Shown here: positions 23,876 to 37,467 of the stretch, piece by piece
Layout of the letters: every line of letters begins with the position of its first letter
Position numbering within the stretch: position 1 is the stretch's first letter
Source of the DNA: Pseudogymnoascus verrucosus
Lineage: Eukaryota
DNA: 64,000 nucleotides
Direction: 5' to 3' (one strand)
NCBI GenBank assembly: GCA_001662655.1
Contig: KV460211.1
Program-made: the position numbers and the translations under genes
Notes under the pieces: model-generated
Told to the model about the DNA's origin: nothing
Database searches by the model: none
What the model saw: the letters and a program-made list of their open reading frames with translations, nothing else

Positions 23876-26800
23876 CTGTGCTGCGCTTCTTCAGACCAGT
23901 CGAGCGTATCACAATTGTGAAGCGACCTCGCTCACTCTATCATTCTGGACGCCTCTCGTAGTCTCCCGGCCTTTGTCTATGGGAGGTAAATCAATTCACA
24001 CGAAACCTTCTCGTTTGTCGTCACCACTCAACGAAGATCTGCCCTCCTCTCGATCTTGTGCCTTGCTAGTCCCTTGCCTTCAAACTTTCGTTCCGTTAGC
24101 TTCGTTCGGCGCACAAATCAGCGCAACGGTGCAGTGTGTCTCGGTAACTTGTCTAGCGGTCAATGGCAAGTCCGTCCGGCGGTTGCTCTAAATCGTCGTT
24201 GTCGGTCGTATGTGCGTATGTTTTTGAGGAAACAACAGGGGGGCATTCACGCAATGAAGAAGGGACGACTGCGGAATTTCCGGACACAGAAAGTTTCATT
24301 GATTCGTTGGCGTAGCGGAAGACAACGCCTCACATGAACCACAGTAATACTGGAGATCGCGGAGTGATCAGGAAGTAGGAGGAGGGCTATGGGTCTTGGC
24401 CCCACTGACGATCACGAACGTCACAACAACAGGGCACCGGGGAGGTGGCGTCAGCCCGTGTGGAGTTTGATGAGTTCAGTGGTATAACTCAACTTAATAC
24501 ACTCTACACTCAGAAACACTTGCTGCCATTTCTCGGCGCAATGCACCAGCACCGTACCGTATTCGAGTATAGTACTTTGCTGACAGCAATTGCAGGCTGG
24601 AATGTATGTACAACGCCGTTCGTACCGTACGTATTCACGGTTTTGTTCCCCAGTTTATGCCCCAGTTATAGTGCTGTGAAGCTATAACATAGTTTCTCTC
24701 GTAGCGGCTTGTAAGTGGCTTGTATGGCTTGTAAGTCCGAGTAGTGCCTGATAGTGCCCAGTAGTGCCTGGCTGGTCTCGTAGGGCATGATAGGGCGGGG
24801 GCTGGATAATCGGAATAGTACCTGTCCAGTACATGACCCTGTTTTTGCGCAGTTTCGCACAGTATTGCATATTTCTTTGCACTGCCCTATACGGACTTTC
24901 CTATCACCGATGTCATTTCGGAAGAAGTGGAAGTCAGTGGAGGGACGGAGAGTTGTTGCCAGTCAGCAAGGAAGAGTGGAAGTGGATGTTGGACAGCGCA
25001 TTCTCCGCGAGGCTGGCCCATACAATAACCATCGTGGGGTCTGGGGTTTGTGGTTTCTGGTGCTGAGTAAGCGAGATCTCGGCCTTTCATGTCCCTTACC
25101 CGTACTTTACTACAACATACTCCGTACGTACCTAACCACCCCCCCCACTGGTTTCTTCCTATGGCGCAGCAACCAAACCACGGAAATATCGATACAAAAT
25201 AAATAAATATCCCGTCCCTCCAGCCTCAGACGTCGCATATGAGATTTCTGGGCACCAATTGTTGACTTATGAAGTAACTCTCCTATGAAACAGTTAACTC
25301 ATCAATCAATCAATCAATCACCTCCTCGACCGCCTGACCTCCATCTACCACATCTACGACCGCATGGGACGGACTTACATCATCGCGGCCATCACCGCCG
25401 CAATGCCTATCCCGTCCCCCAGTGACGAGTAATCACTGTACTGCTGCACTCCATCCCCATGCACAGTCAGTGCCGTACACCGGCCATCCCTGCGCACCTC
25501 ATTCCCTCCTTCCTCATTCCACCACCACCAAAACAAAGCACAGATGAACTTCACACCCACCATCATGCGTCCCATCCAACTCTTCACCCTCTCTCCCCCA
25601 GAACCAGCCAAGCCAAAGCCCAGCCCTGCGCCTCCGCCATCCACGTCCCCCATCCCCTCCTAGTTTCTCCAGCACAGTCCCCCGCAGTTTCCCCATCGCG
25701 GATCGGATCCCCCAGAACCCCTCTCCTTGGCGCCATTCCTTCCGTTCGCGCAATCCTCGGACATATGGTCTAGCACAGTCTAGTGTAGCCTCATCCCGTA
25801 CTCAACAGAAAGTCTTTCGTGGTCGCGCGCACACAAAAAACAAAAAACCCCCCCCCCTTTCACCCCTCAGTCAGCTCCGAACACGGCGGCTATTCGGATC
25901 ACCGGCGCGACTATTTCGCCCCCATACATAGATCCTGTGCAGACTAATCTTCATCCCCCTTTTCTCGCATGCTGACTTATGCATGCATGTCGGCATTATC
26001 ACTTCCGGTCGCTCCCCAATTTCTGTATAATAGCTCCTCTCATCCGCGTTCCCGCGAGCCTTCACCTCATATATGTGCACGTGACTTTGATTTCGGCACC
26101 ACCAGCTGCTGCTGTGCTTGGAAATGTACGGGCTCAGAACTGATGCAACAGATATGAGAGTATCATGTCATATCATATCGAATGTGCTAGTCATCACAAG
26201 CACTGTGTGCAAATCTAGTCAAAGTTAGTCCACGTCACGTGACCACACGAATGATATGTCCAGTTTCCTGAACAAACCAAGGGATGCTCGCTGAAACAAT
26301 CACAGGGTATCCACAGTAGCAATGAGATCATCCAACGCACAGTGCATCCCGTAAAGCTTATATAGATTGATTGATACACTCTCATCCCTCCTCTCGCCTC
26401 CCCTCCCCCAGCAACACCTCCCCCCATCTACACCCCATTCCCTCCTACATCACTACATCAAGACATCACCAGCGTCTTCATTTTCCCCAGCCGTCCCATT
26501 CACACAACCAGAAACCAACCCCATCACACCCCCACCCATGCAACCTTCCCGCACCCGCCCAAAACATAAAAAACGTGCTATGCATATTAAACCACGCGCG
26601 ACCAACCGCGCACGATGACCAAGAGAGAAAAGACAACGAAGAGTCACTGCGAGATAGCAGAGCGAGAAGGAGAGTCGTCGCCCTTCGATGATATCGTAGG
26701 GAGCCGAACTCCATGGTAAGCAAGCTATGCAGCAACGGCTGTCAAACAGAAAACAATAAAATTATGGGAAGGTCCCTCGAAGAGAGGGGCCAAAGGCAAT

Positions 26801-27144
26801 CCCATCGTCACCGGCTTAACAAGCGTACAAAAAACCAGGAGGATCCCCCAAAGCAGGAACAGAAACGATGCTCTAAAACGCCCCCTTTTCTTGCTGTGTG
26901 TCGTGGATGCATCGCTAAAGTAAAAAAATGGAACTTTTTCGCTTTGCGCCGGGCGGAGACTTGAGAATAGGGATGGATGCATAGGAGACGGTTGAGATCT
27001 GCTAGTGGTATGGTGACTGACGGTGATGATACGGAGATAAGAGTACAAGTCGATCTTGGAAAACCTAGACGACGGTGGGGAGAGGGGACGTCGTGGGCGC
27101 CGGTCGGATGTTAGGTGGCGCGTCAGACGCTAAATAGTAGCCTC

Positions 27145-28827
27145 TCAAGCGGTGGTGGTAGGGGTGCTCTGTCCGCGTCCACGGGGGGCACCACCACGTG
27201 CGGCGCCACCGAAGTTGCCACGTCCTCTCTGTCCACCTGGGCCGCGCTCAAAGCCACCACGGCCGCGGTTGTTCATGCCTCCGCGGGTGTTATAGGCGGC
27301 GCCTCCGTAAGCAGAGGACTTTGGGCGGCGGGGCTCGACCAGGATGGCCTCGCCGCCGATGTGGTGGGGGTTGGCAGCGAATGCAGCCTGGTAGCCGGCT
27401 GGGGAGGCGAACTCAACAAACGCACAGTTCTTCTGGCGGTTGATGTCAAAGTAGACGAGCTCACCGTGGGCGGCGAGAGCGGCACGGAGAGCATCGGCCT
27501 GGACGGCCTCGGTCACGTTGCGGACGTAGCCCATCGTGCCCTCCTTCTCGAGAGGGGCGGAGATGGACTGTGGGCGCTGGCGCTTGGTGTCAGCGCCGGC
27601 AGTCTGCCAGCCCTGAGACTGAGGAGCCTCGTTCTCCTTGTTGGCGGTTGGGGAGGCGGGGGCTGCGGCCTGGGCGGGGACTGCGACGGCAACGGCAGCT
27701 TGAGCAGCGGCAGGTGCGGGTGCGCGCTGCTGGGCGGGGGCTGGAGAGGCAGTCTTGGGGGCTGGGACAGCTGGGACAGCTGGGACGGCGGGGCGGGCGG
27801 CGGCAGCAGCAGCCGCGGCACGGTTAGCCCAGCTCATTGGCTTGGCTGGGGCGGCTGGGACTGGGGCAGCCTTAGGAGCAGCAGGCTTGGTGACAGCTGG
27901 GGTTGGGACAGGGTCCTTGGGGGTCTCAGCAACGTTGGCAGCCTCCTCCTCAAGCTCCTTCTCGGCGACCTCAGGAGAGACGGCAGCTGGGGCAGCGGCG
28001 GTCTCCTCGACGGCCTCAACAGCAGCAGCCGGGGCAGCGCCGTTGGTCTGGGTCTCCTTGAGGACAGCAGGCTCGGCATCAAGGTCGAGCTTCTTGTCAA
28101 CAACATCGGCGATAACCTCGGACTTGGTCTCCTCGACGCTGGCCTGGGCCTTGGGCATCTCGACATCAGCGATGTCCTCAGTAGCTGGGGCAGCAGCCTC
28201 CTCGCTGACAGCAGCCTCAACAACCTCCTCCTCGGCCTCCTCGTTGATGTAGCGGAAGATGTCGTTAAGAACGAAGTATCCGGTTGGCTGTTGGGCAAGG
28301 ACGAAAGTCTGGACGAACTTCTTCAGCTCAGCAGACTTGTTGGAGGTCTCGCCAATGACCTGGATGACGATGGTCTCGTCAGAGCCCTGGGAGTCGACGT
28401 TCGAGACGCGGACCTTGCAGTCCTGGAACTCAAGAGACTTGATACGCTCTTGGATGGCCTAGATGAATCAGCAAACGATTTGTAATATGTCCGATGGGTA
28501 ACTTACTGGGCGGCCGACAGAGACTGGGGCAACCTCAGCCTCGAGGCCAGAGACGAACTGGGAGCGCTTGCCGTAGAAGAGCTGGGCTTGTTAGCAAATG
28601 TATGGTATAAGGTTGTTGGATGAACATACGTGAAGCTTCTCTGGCGACTTGCTGAGAGTAGTGTAGTACTGCTCAACGAAGTACCATCCTATCTCGTCCT
28701 TGGACAGCTCAGCGCTGCCATTGGCGTTTCCGCTCGCTGTCTCAGCAGCACTGGCAGTGTTGGTATACTGCTCAGTGGCGCTCTTGTAAGGCTCCTGCTG
28801 GTTCGAAACTCCATTGGTTGTGGCCAT
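27145..28827 (-). CDS. NTF2 + RRM + RGG protein (G3BP/Nxt3/Bre5-like); 3 exons
   Basis: NTF2: IGWYFVEQYYTTLSKSPEKLH/LFY..IQVIGE..KFVQTFVLAQQPTGYFVLNDIFRY. RRM: YVRNV..NCAFVEF. RGG-rich tail. Confidence 0.93.
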
Positions 28828-30093
28828 TGTGTTGACTGAAAAGGGTGAGGTTGACTGGACTGTCGACCTCACGGATTACTGAGTATGAATTCGAGAGAAG
28901 TCGTAGGACGTAAATCGGGCGACGCGAGGTATATATACGCCGTGTAGATGGGTGAAAATATGTATTTGAGCGTTTAGTCGTGTGCTCTCTTTTTCGACTC
29001 GTTCAAAATTCGTCAAACTTTGTTTCGCTTGAAGAAACGAAAACCACAGGAAGCCTAGAATCCGACAGGAGAGAGTGTAGAAAGACAAGACACAAGGTAG
29101 CTTTGAGGCTTTATTAGAGATGATAATGTATTTTGGAAAAGGAAGACGCGAGAGAAGTCGATTGAGACGTTTGTAGTGGGGGGGGGAAACTTTGATCGTT
29201 GATATTGGAGGTGGCCAAAAGACTGGAATCGAGTGGAGGAAATTGTCACCAATGGCGCTAGTGGGTTGTGCCCGAAATGTTAACGAGGCAAGCGCGAGCC
29301 GCGGCGAACCAGCTAGAACCATTCGGATTGGTCCCTCCAATATATGGGTCAAAGACGAAACATTTAGCTACCAATCAGTCTTTTTGGTTCCTGATAATGT
29401 TTTACCCAATGTATGGTTATGTTGGTGGCGCGTCATAGAGTCTGTGTTTTTATATTGAACGTTTGCAGAATATGCGTACAAAGAATGGTTCTTTCTTTGT
29501 TCTTACTATCTACCTGCATTATCCGGCTATCCGCGGGCTGGCTGCACGAAAACAAACCCTCTCAGGACGGTCTACCATGAAGTATCCTGAAGTAACAAAC
29601 AAACGGATTTATTTCCTTTGCCTGGGCTATTTATTAAGGTACGCTAATTACTAGAGCCCAGGTTAATCCCATGGTTTAATGGTTTAGACCTAGGAGCCAA
29701 CCGTACAAAGACTTCTCACGTGATCCCCCTGACCCAGTGTACACGTACATATGAGAGATCTATTCTTCCTACTATATTCCCATATATTATCCAAACTGTA
29801 GACTATATACAGTGGCAACTAGATTTTTGATATCGTGTACATAAACAGTAGATGCAAACAGCCAGGGGACCTTTCCCGCGACACCCTTCCCGAGACCCAC
29901 GGATTTCGTTACGTATCACCCCATGCAGGCTCACCGAACCCCGAAGAGCGCCCCATTGAGTCCCAGGACCGAACCCCTTCCCCCTCGTAAATGGTATATC
30001 CCCCCCTTAAAAATCCCAGAACCGCTATAACGCCGACACGCCATCGCTAAGAGTGCACAACTAAACCGCTTTTCTTCTCACCCAGCTGGCCGG

Positions 30094-31616
30094 CTACTGC
30101 TGAGTCGCCAGTTCTACGGTGCTTTCCGTCTCGCTGATATCCTTATCGCCCGCCATGCTCGGTATGCGCGTGCCCCTCCCCATATCTAGGTTCGTCATTC
30201 CGAAGGTATTATTGCGTCTCTCGTGGCCGCCGTGGCGCAGGGTGCCGTCGCTGTAGCGCTTGACACCCATCCAGCCGAGCAGCTCCTTGCAAGCGTTCAG
30301 ACTGGTAATCATGTAGATGAGGCAGTTCCAGAAGCCCTGAAGAGGGAGCACGAAGGCGGCAGCGTAGGTAAGGGGAATGGAGATCTGGCCCGGATGTGCG
30401 ACACCATAGAGACGGTTAGCGCTCGATGGAATCCAGGTGATTAGCATGGCACTGAAGAAGAGCACGGCGACCTTAGTGTAGCCCCAGGCGGCGCGGTTGG
30501 CTTCGATTGTTTGGTAGCGCTTGAGGGCGGGGTCCTCGCCCCTTTCTTTCTCTTCCTTCGTCTTCTTTGGGCGCTTAGATACAGATGGGAAGGGTGGCAT
30601 GCTGCCTATTTTGTAGACCGCAGGAACGGCGGAGACGGCAACTGTATACTGCGGCTGGCCATTTTGGCCGGAGTGGCGTCGGTCAGCTGCAGATAGCTGG
30701 CGGCCTAGGGCGTTGACGTCGATGGTTGGGTGGTCCGCAGTGTTTTCGTAGGAGATGGCGACATCTGTCTGTTCGTGAATGGCGCCATGATTGAAGGGGT
30801 TCGTTGGAATCATGTCAGGACCAATTTCACTCGAGGCGAATTGGCGAAGCTGCTTACGCTTGTTGTAGATTTCGCGGCCAGCGCGAATGTAGATTCCAAA
30901 CGTGACAAGGATAACGAGCCTGGTTGTGATGTTAGCGTCCAGTCCCAAAATGGCGGCTCTAGGGAGACAAGAGCCATGATCCTATAAATAGATGGCACTC
31001 ACCAGATAGGTCCGTAAAAGGTAGCAACGCGAAGATAATCATACTCCGGCGTGATCCAGCACCACAGGAGAGCATTTCCGTATATCCTTCCCTTTCCAGG
31101 AGACTGAGCCCAGATGTAGGCAAACGCTGGAATAAACGGGAGGCCGTAGCAAAGTAAAAAGTACCACTTCTCCATCTTCTTTAACCTCGCAACTCCAAAC
31201 TTGTGGTAGAAGGTAAGATATACGTTGAAGGCCATTGCCAGTGTCCATAAGACATCCGCAGCCATAAACCTGTCACCGTATTAGTGTTTAAATATTCAAG
31301 GCATAGTTCCAGACTATAGGCCGGGTTAACTGCAATGATGCAGAACGTACATCTGGATTAAAAATCCCTGGGCCTGGCAGAGGAAGCCGGTCTCATTGTC
31401 TAGAACCGCCGCAGCGGTGACTGTTGCAATATTGGTGAACAAGTTGCCCACGGATGCGAAGAAGATGAGGCGGTTGATTGGCCTACGGAACGACTTCGAG
31501 ATTAGGAACGTTATGATAACGAAGAGACATCCTGCCACTGAGAGCCCCGATGTGACCCTCTCTATAACGACAAGATAGTGGAGATGTGCCTTATCGAGAT
31601 CGCTTGCTACTGCCAT
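30094..31616 (-). CDS. cAMP-receptor-like (CRL) G-protein-coupled receptor; 3 exons
   Basis: IERVTSGLS..FRRPINRLIFFAS..CQAQGFLIQ/FMAADVLWTLAMAFNVYLTF..YGNALLWCWI..RVATFYGPIW/..AAWGYTKVAVLFF..TWIPSSANR..VLPLQGFWN, a 7-TM pattern. Confidence 0.92.
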
Positions 31617-32829
31617 AACCACGGTTGCGACCAATCCAGTCGATAGGCTGCGTTCGTCGTTACCAATGTGCGAAAGGTCGTTCGACAAACGGGCCCAAAT
31701 CTATGAGTGATAAATTCAGGAAAGGTTCGAATCGGGTGCGGAAAAATGTAATTTCGGTCAAATCCCGAAGTACAGCTGGAGAGGGGCACCCAGGCTAGTT
31801 ATATAAAGCGATGAACCCAAGATCAAAGCTTTGGTGTTTGTGTGGCGTTGGTGGTGGATTCTTAGAATGGGGTCCGAGGGTTGTGAGCGAGACAGCGCAA
31901 GGGAGCCCGCACGACGCCGCGAATATCAATGCCGATCGCAATTGAAGTACCGAGAGGTAAAATGTTGGAGATTTCGCTATTCGGACTATTCAAAGACGAG
32001 CTGTTTGTCTTTGACTTTCTTCAGTCGCCAGGGAAATGTTTGTTGGAGATCTGTATCGACAAAACTTGGGATTTGATAGCGGGTGGGTGATGGGGCGCTG
32101 TGCCGTTAAGTGTGACGGGTAGTCTCCGTTGAACCATTGAACGGGGGCCCAGAGCGACGGAGCTGACTCCAATCGATTTGAACACAGTGAAGTATTCCGT
32201 CGTGGCGTCGCAAATGGATGGCACGGATGTGGAGTTATACAAGACGCTGTGGTAGTTGAGAGGAAACAAGACTTGTGAGGAGAATTAAGACGCATCGACG
32301 ACGAGAGGGTCACGCCCTCATTTCCTCCCTAGAATCTGGGGACGAAAGGGATGGGCTGGGTTTGAAGACCATACTTGAGTCCTGTAAGTCTATGACAGGT
32401 ACATATCTACAGTAATGTAGAGCACTGTTCCCTGCAATACGTGGAGTACTAAATCTATTACGATAGTTGAGCCGGGTGTGTCAGCTCAATACTCCGCTTT
32501 CACCCCGGATTTGCGTCTAGTCGTCCCTGTTTGGGGCATTTCGGGCGGTTAAATGGGGATAAATTGTGTGATTAATTCCGAATATATCTCTCCACCATGA
32601 CAACCAGGATGGATCATAGTCGGCAATTATAAATTCTCCTTAGCTCGACCAAAAAAATAGGGTGCTTCTTTGATCTTTCGGCGCTTGAACAGTAGTCGGC
32701 CTAGTCACAGTCCCTAAGGCTTTTCCCTGCAATCACAGACCCCTCGAGCGATGGACCCTGTTGATACACCTTGGGCGATATATCAAGTATAATATTCCAC
32801 CGCGAGACCGATGGTCTCAGCCGCCTGTT

Positions 32830-33990
32830 ATGGCTTACCTCGATTTTGACAGCCTCGGGAAAGAGAAGAACGAATGTATTGGCTGGAACATGCTATATTT
32901 GTGCCATGGAAGATGTTCAAATTGTTGACATAGAACAAGCCAGATATAAGAGACACAAGCGTCGCACGGTAGTGCACACAGACTGGGCTGCAACAAATCC
33001 ACGGTGCTAGTAGGAGCACCCAAGACTTCTTCATTTAGCCTCTATCAGATTTCGTTGGCTGATCCAAAATCTTTCGAGACTCTGGTGGTCTGAAACCCGA
33101 CTAAGGTAGCACTACTTCACAGGTCTGTGCGATCAGCCTCTTGTCTCTCATTTTGCAAACACATCGTACGCCCACTGTCACATTCTCCATGTCCCTTGAT
33201 GACTACAGCATGTAGTGCTACTCCGATAGACCGAGGACGCCGAAATCGAGTGGCTTCGACGGGTTATCTCAAGTCATACAAAAGCTTACCACGCGTTGCG
33301 TGTGTGGCGGATGAGGATAGCTGAGTGCCGCACGACACACAGTGCGAACTTTGTACTTCACCTACGAGAATGGAGACTGGCCAACTCGACACTGGACTGA
33401 CATATTTGGTGGCGAGGCAAGTTGCTGATGAGAGAGACCCCTAGCCAAACCGAGGACAAAGTCCGTCAACTACCATGGTAGCTTCACGACGATCGCATGG
33501 GCGAGAGGACACCACTACCGCTTCCCGTCGTTTGTGCACATGGCAGAGACACCGGCGCCATGTCGCCCGAAGGTCGTCTCCACAGGATGGCCCTCAAGAT
33601 AGGGCAGCAGGCCATGTGAAAAGACGAGGGCGATAATGGACAGGCCTGCAACCTGAATTGTAACCTACCCCTCAGCCGTTGACCAGCAAGGAATTATATT
33701 ACTTTGCAGGTATATTGCAGGCGTATTACGCGAAAGCCATGTGTTTGATCCCTGTGATCTGGCGGGAGGGGTATCGGTCTCACGCGTCGAGGGTGCACAA
33801 CACCCTCCCTCGACTCAGCTCATTGGACTCCCTTAGACATGCGCTGGATTTTCGTGGCCCGCAAGTCCGTGGATGCTTGTACGGCCTGAAGGACTTCATA
33901 GAGAACGATTGGGTGAGCCGCAGCCGTACCACGCTGGGATGAGGAAGGTCCGCCTCTACTACAGGCCGTTCCTTCCTTTTATCCCCTTCT
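32830..33990 (+). pseudogene. Possible highly eroded APH-family phosphotransferase relic
   Basis: Scattered fragments MAYLDFDSLGKEKNECIGW, TEDKVRQ..(AT)M..ERTPLPLPVVCAHG and RGCLYGLKDF occur in the order expected for this family. No open frame. Confidence 0.3.
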
Positions 33991-34334
33991 CTCCCTTCTG
34001 TCCTCCAAACGTGGGGTCTCTCTTGTGAGACCTTGTACAGTGTACTTTTTGCTTTCGCGAAATACGATGACAAAAGCCCCCTCCCACCACTTCTTTTTTC
34101 ACACGCTATATGACAGTTGCCGCACCTCCACTCCAGTAGATCCCTCTAGAGCTCCAGGGAGTACGTAAAGCAATGCGAGTGGTGGAAATCCTCCGAAAAT
34201 TAAATTGGCAACATGTACATAGTACATGTTGCACCCACAATTCCCTTCACCCAATGTCAAATCGCTCCCGCCTCCGCAAATTCTAACAAATTTACTCTTT
34301 TCGGTTAGTTGATATGCTAGCATGGATCGACGCT

Positions 34335-34373
34335 GACCTCAAGTGAGACCCCTCAAGTGAGACCCCTCAAGTA
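34335..34373. repeat. 14-bp tandem repeat (GACCCCTCAAGTGA) x~3
   Basis: Sequence reads gacctcaagtga-gacccctcaagtga-gacccctcaagta. Confidence 0.8.
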
Positions 34374-35634
34374 CGACTTCCGAGCAAATCCAGCCGGTTG
34401 GCTCTAGAACCGTCGTCTCCGGTACGCCGTGTCCCCGTCCTCTGCCGAAATGAGATGAATGTCTCCTTCGGGTGCCCACTTTACCCTGTTGGATGGTGGA
34501 CTTCGGTGAATGCTCCGTTGCCACATGTGGATGGCATGCCGATGCTCCGTGGCTCGGAGATCCTAAGATAGAACATCGAGTGGTGTCGTCGGCGCACATG
34601 TCGCGACGACGAAGGTCTCGGGCATTAAATTAAATCCGCTGTTTCGTAGATTGCTTCTCACGGCCCTTACCAGACCAGCGGTTCCACTTCACACGGCCAG
34701 GCCTGACTTGACGCATATATTGGTGCTGCGCACGTTCGCTGATATATACACCCATGCCCCATTCCACGGCTTCACCGCACAACCCCACAACAGGTCCCAA
34801 AGCCTGCCCTATATCGGATCTAGTCACTGATAACACAATGGAGTGTTGCTTCCAGGGCGTGGATAAAGCCGCGGCTAATATTGTGCTGTCTGGCAATGTC
34901 AAGGTCGCTCTTATATTGCGATCGATCGCTGGGAGAACCTTGCAGACACGTTTTTCTGCTCAAGCCTAGGGGATAGTGTGACAGGGATGATTTATTTGGT
35001 CGCTCGTTTGCGTTGCTATTTGAAGTTCAGCCAGACGATAGTACGAAGTTTCGTCAAAACTTGTGGCGTCCAGATGAGGCTGCGAGCGCGTCCGACATTT
35101 TTGGGGGTGTAATTGCGCCCCTTTTTGTTTTTGTTGGACTTTCTGTTGGATGGAGCCGCGTGTCGCAATGTAGCATTTAATTTATACCAGGTCAAACCTT
35201 GCATTACTCATGCAGACAAAAGCCGTGGTTCACCCGAGAGCGAATATATTTTATCCGTTGGAACAAGGCCAGATCCCCCTCTGACATCCTTCCAGGTACG
35301 AGGTCGGCATGGAAGCCATTTCGGTCGCCGCCATTCCGCCCTAAGGCTAAGCCCCGAGCTTATGAAACAGACCCTCCAGGCACCGTAATCATACATGGTA
35401 TCAAACGCGTTATATTGTCACGTCCCTTTTATTCGAATTCGGGCATTCTCGCACAGCAACCATGGCTTGCCATCACATGAAAGCGCGGCTTAAGATATTT
35501 CACGCACTGTACTGTATGAATTTACTTCAAAAACACTTTCTTAGCACAGAGTATAGAATTGTTACGTGTTCGTGCCCGAAGCTGCCCTTCAATCTGCTAA
35601 TGCGTAGGCTTTAGCAGATGGTACCTCGTTACCA

Positions 35635-37025
35635 CTAGGACGCAACGCCGTCTGCATCCCAGTCAATTAAAATCCGTCTCTCCTGCTCCTCGGTTTTCCT
35701 CTGCAAAAACGCATCTATCCCTTTTCTATCCCCCTCGTTAAGAAGCGCGAGCCTGCCCTCAAAAGAATCCCGAGCCCCAAAGAATCTATCGTCGATTTTT
35801 GACCAGTATATAGCATCGACAGCCGAGCTTTTCCTAGCTGCGTAATGTAGCCAGAAATCTCCATTGTCCCAGTTCTGCCGCATTTTGTGCGAGAGACAGT
35901 CCTCCTTAGTAATCCTCCCCTCTTCTAAGAACACTTGCTCGCGTTTTTCTAGACAGTGGAGGAATAGCTGAAGCCGCTTTTCATAATTTTCCGCCCAGCT
36001 GTCAAGCCCCTTAGACCAACGCTCCGGCATTTGGATGAGAAGCCACCAAGGAGGCGTCTGCGAAAACTTCGATGGCGCGGAGTATGCGAACTCCCAGTCG
36101 ATAACTGCGACGACCTTGAATTCGGCATCGACGAGAACATTGTGCGGGCCAAGGCCGTCACAGAATAGCTTAAATGTCTTGTCGTTGCCATTTGTAAGCC
36201 GGTGCTCAGTTGCAAGCTTGCGGAAGAGATGCCTCGCTATGTATCTGCGGCGGCAATCCTCTGCTGACTCAATGGCATCGTTATGTTGAGTTGATAGGTG
36301 AGTAATGTGCGTGTCTGAAAGTGCTTGAAGATATGAAGCAGACGAATTGAATGTCTGCGACTTGAGTTGAGATGGAGGGAAGTTCCCAAGCTGAACGAGT
36401 TCGTTTGTGTTTAACGTCATAGCACGCTCTGCGACCGAATATTCGAACTCCTGGATCTCTACTAAAGAGCCAATTTCCGGGAATGAGCACTTGGAGAGTT
36501 CGAGTAGAATATCTGCCATTTGCTCATAGACACAGGATAACTTTTCGTCTGTGATATTAGGGTCAATTGCCATCGTATCGCCAGTTGAGCCATGCTCCTT
36601 AAATAGCCCAGTTAGATCATAAGCATGCTTAACATACTCCATGATTATAAATGGCCCAAGATTGTATGGGCATTCATCAGCCATTCCGTGGTGGAGGATA
36701 AGGGGCACAGGAATCGAAGTGTTCTCCTGGACATGTCGCATAGTCGCAACCTCCCTCTTAACTTTTTCTTCAGGAAACATAACCACGCCAGGGCAAGGGA
36801 TCCGGATCATAGCTGCACCTCCATCTAAAAACTCAACTTTAATGCACACGTTGAAGCTGCCTCTTAAGGGGTTGCACAGCTGGTAGCAACTCCCCCTCTA
36901 TGCTTCTGGACAAATCCGCCCATAGCTTGAAGAACATCGTTTCTGTATAGTTTATGCTTCCATGCATCAAATACATTATCGCTCTTTTCCCATGCAGCAT
37001 CATCATAAGACATAGGCGTACACAT
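35635..37025 (-). pseudogene. APH-family phosphotransferase, frameshifted at about 36881 with degenerate catalytic loop
   Basis: MCTPMSYDDAAWEKSD..KHRGGVAT, then a 1-nt loss, resuming LCNPLRGSFNVC..IRIPCPG..PEEKVKREVATM. Catalytic loop reads CDGLGPHN instead of CDDLRPxN. VIDWEF is retained. Confidence 0.78.
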
Positions 37026-37467
37026 TTCGCATTAAGAGATGAGATCTCCAGGCCTGCAAAAAATCTCAAGGTAAGAAAGGAGAACATCCACTATAGTGAG
37101 ATTGTAGGGGAAAATATGCGTGAAGGTTTTGTTTCTATGATAGGCTGTATATTCGCCGCAGTATGGTCTTTTCAACGTCTTAATACATTTAGTTTTTAGA
37201 CTTCTTGGACATTTCGTAAGCTCAGAGGGATAATTACTAGAAAGCCCCTTGACAATATTTTGGGCCTCATAATTTAGGCTGCAATCAACATCCCTGTCCA
37301 CGTATCCAATCCATACATCATATCGTCGCGTCCAGACAAAGCATGGAAACCGCCCAAACAGTTCCACCCATTGATCTGTCGCAATACAATTCACACAACT
37401 CCAACACCACCTTTCCCACCACCTTTCTACCTCCCCAATCCTTCTTCACGACCACACCAACCTCACA

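Noticed and set aside
27115..28485. 456-aa plus-strand ORF
   Set aside because: Antisense shadow of the highly codon-biased G3BP-like gene; starts at GTG and has no domain features.
29603..29705. Short inverted repeat CCTGGGCT/AGCCCAGG in AT-rich DNA, possible MITE scrap
   Set aside because: No full TIR pair or TSD and no second copy in the window.
31720..31745. GGTTCGAATC tRNA T-loop-like motif
   Set aside because: No cloverleaf stems; lies in the GPCR 5' leader on the opposite strand.
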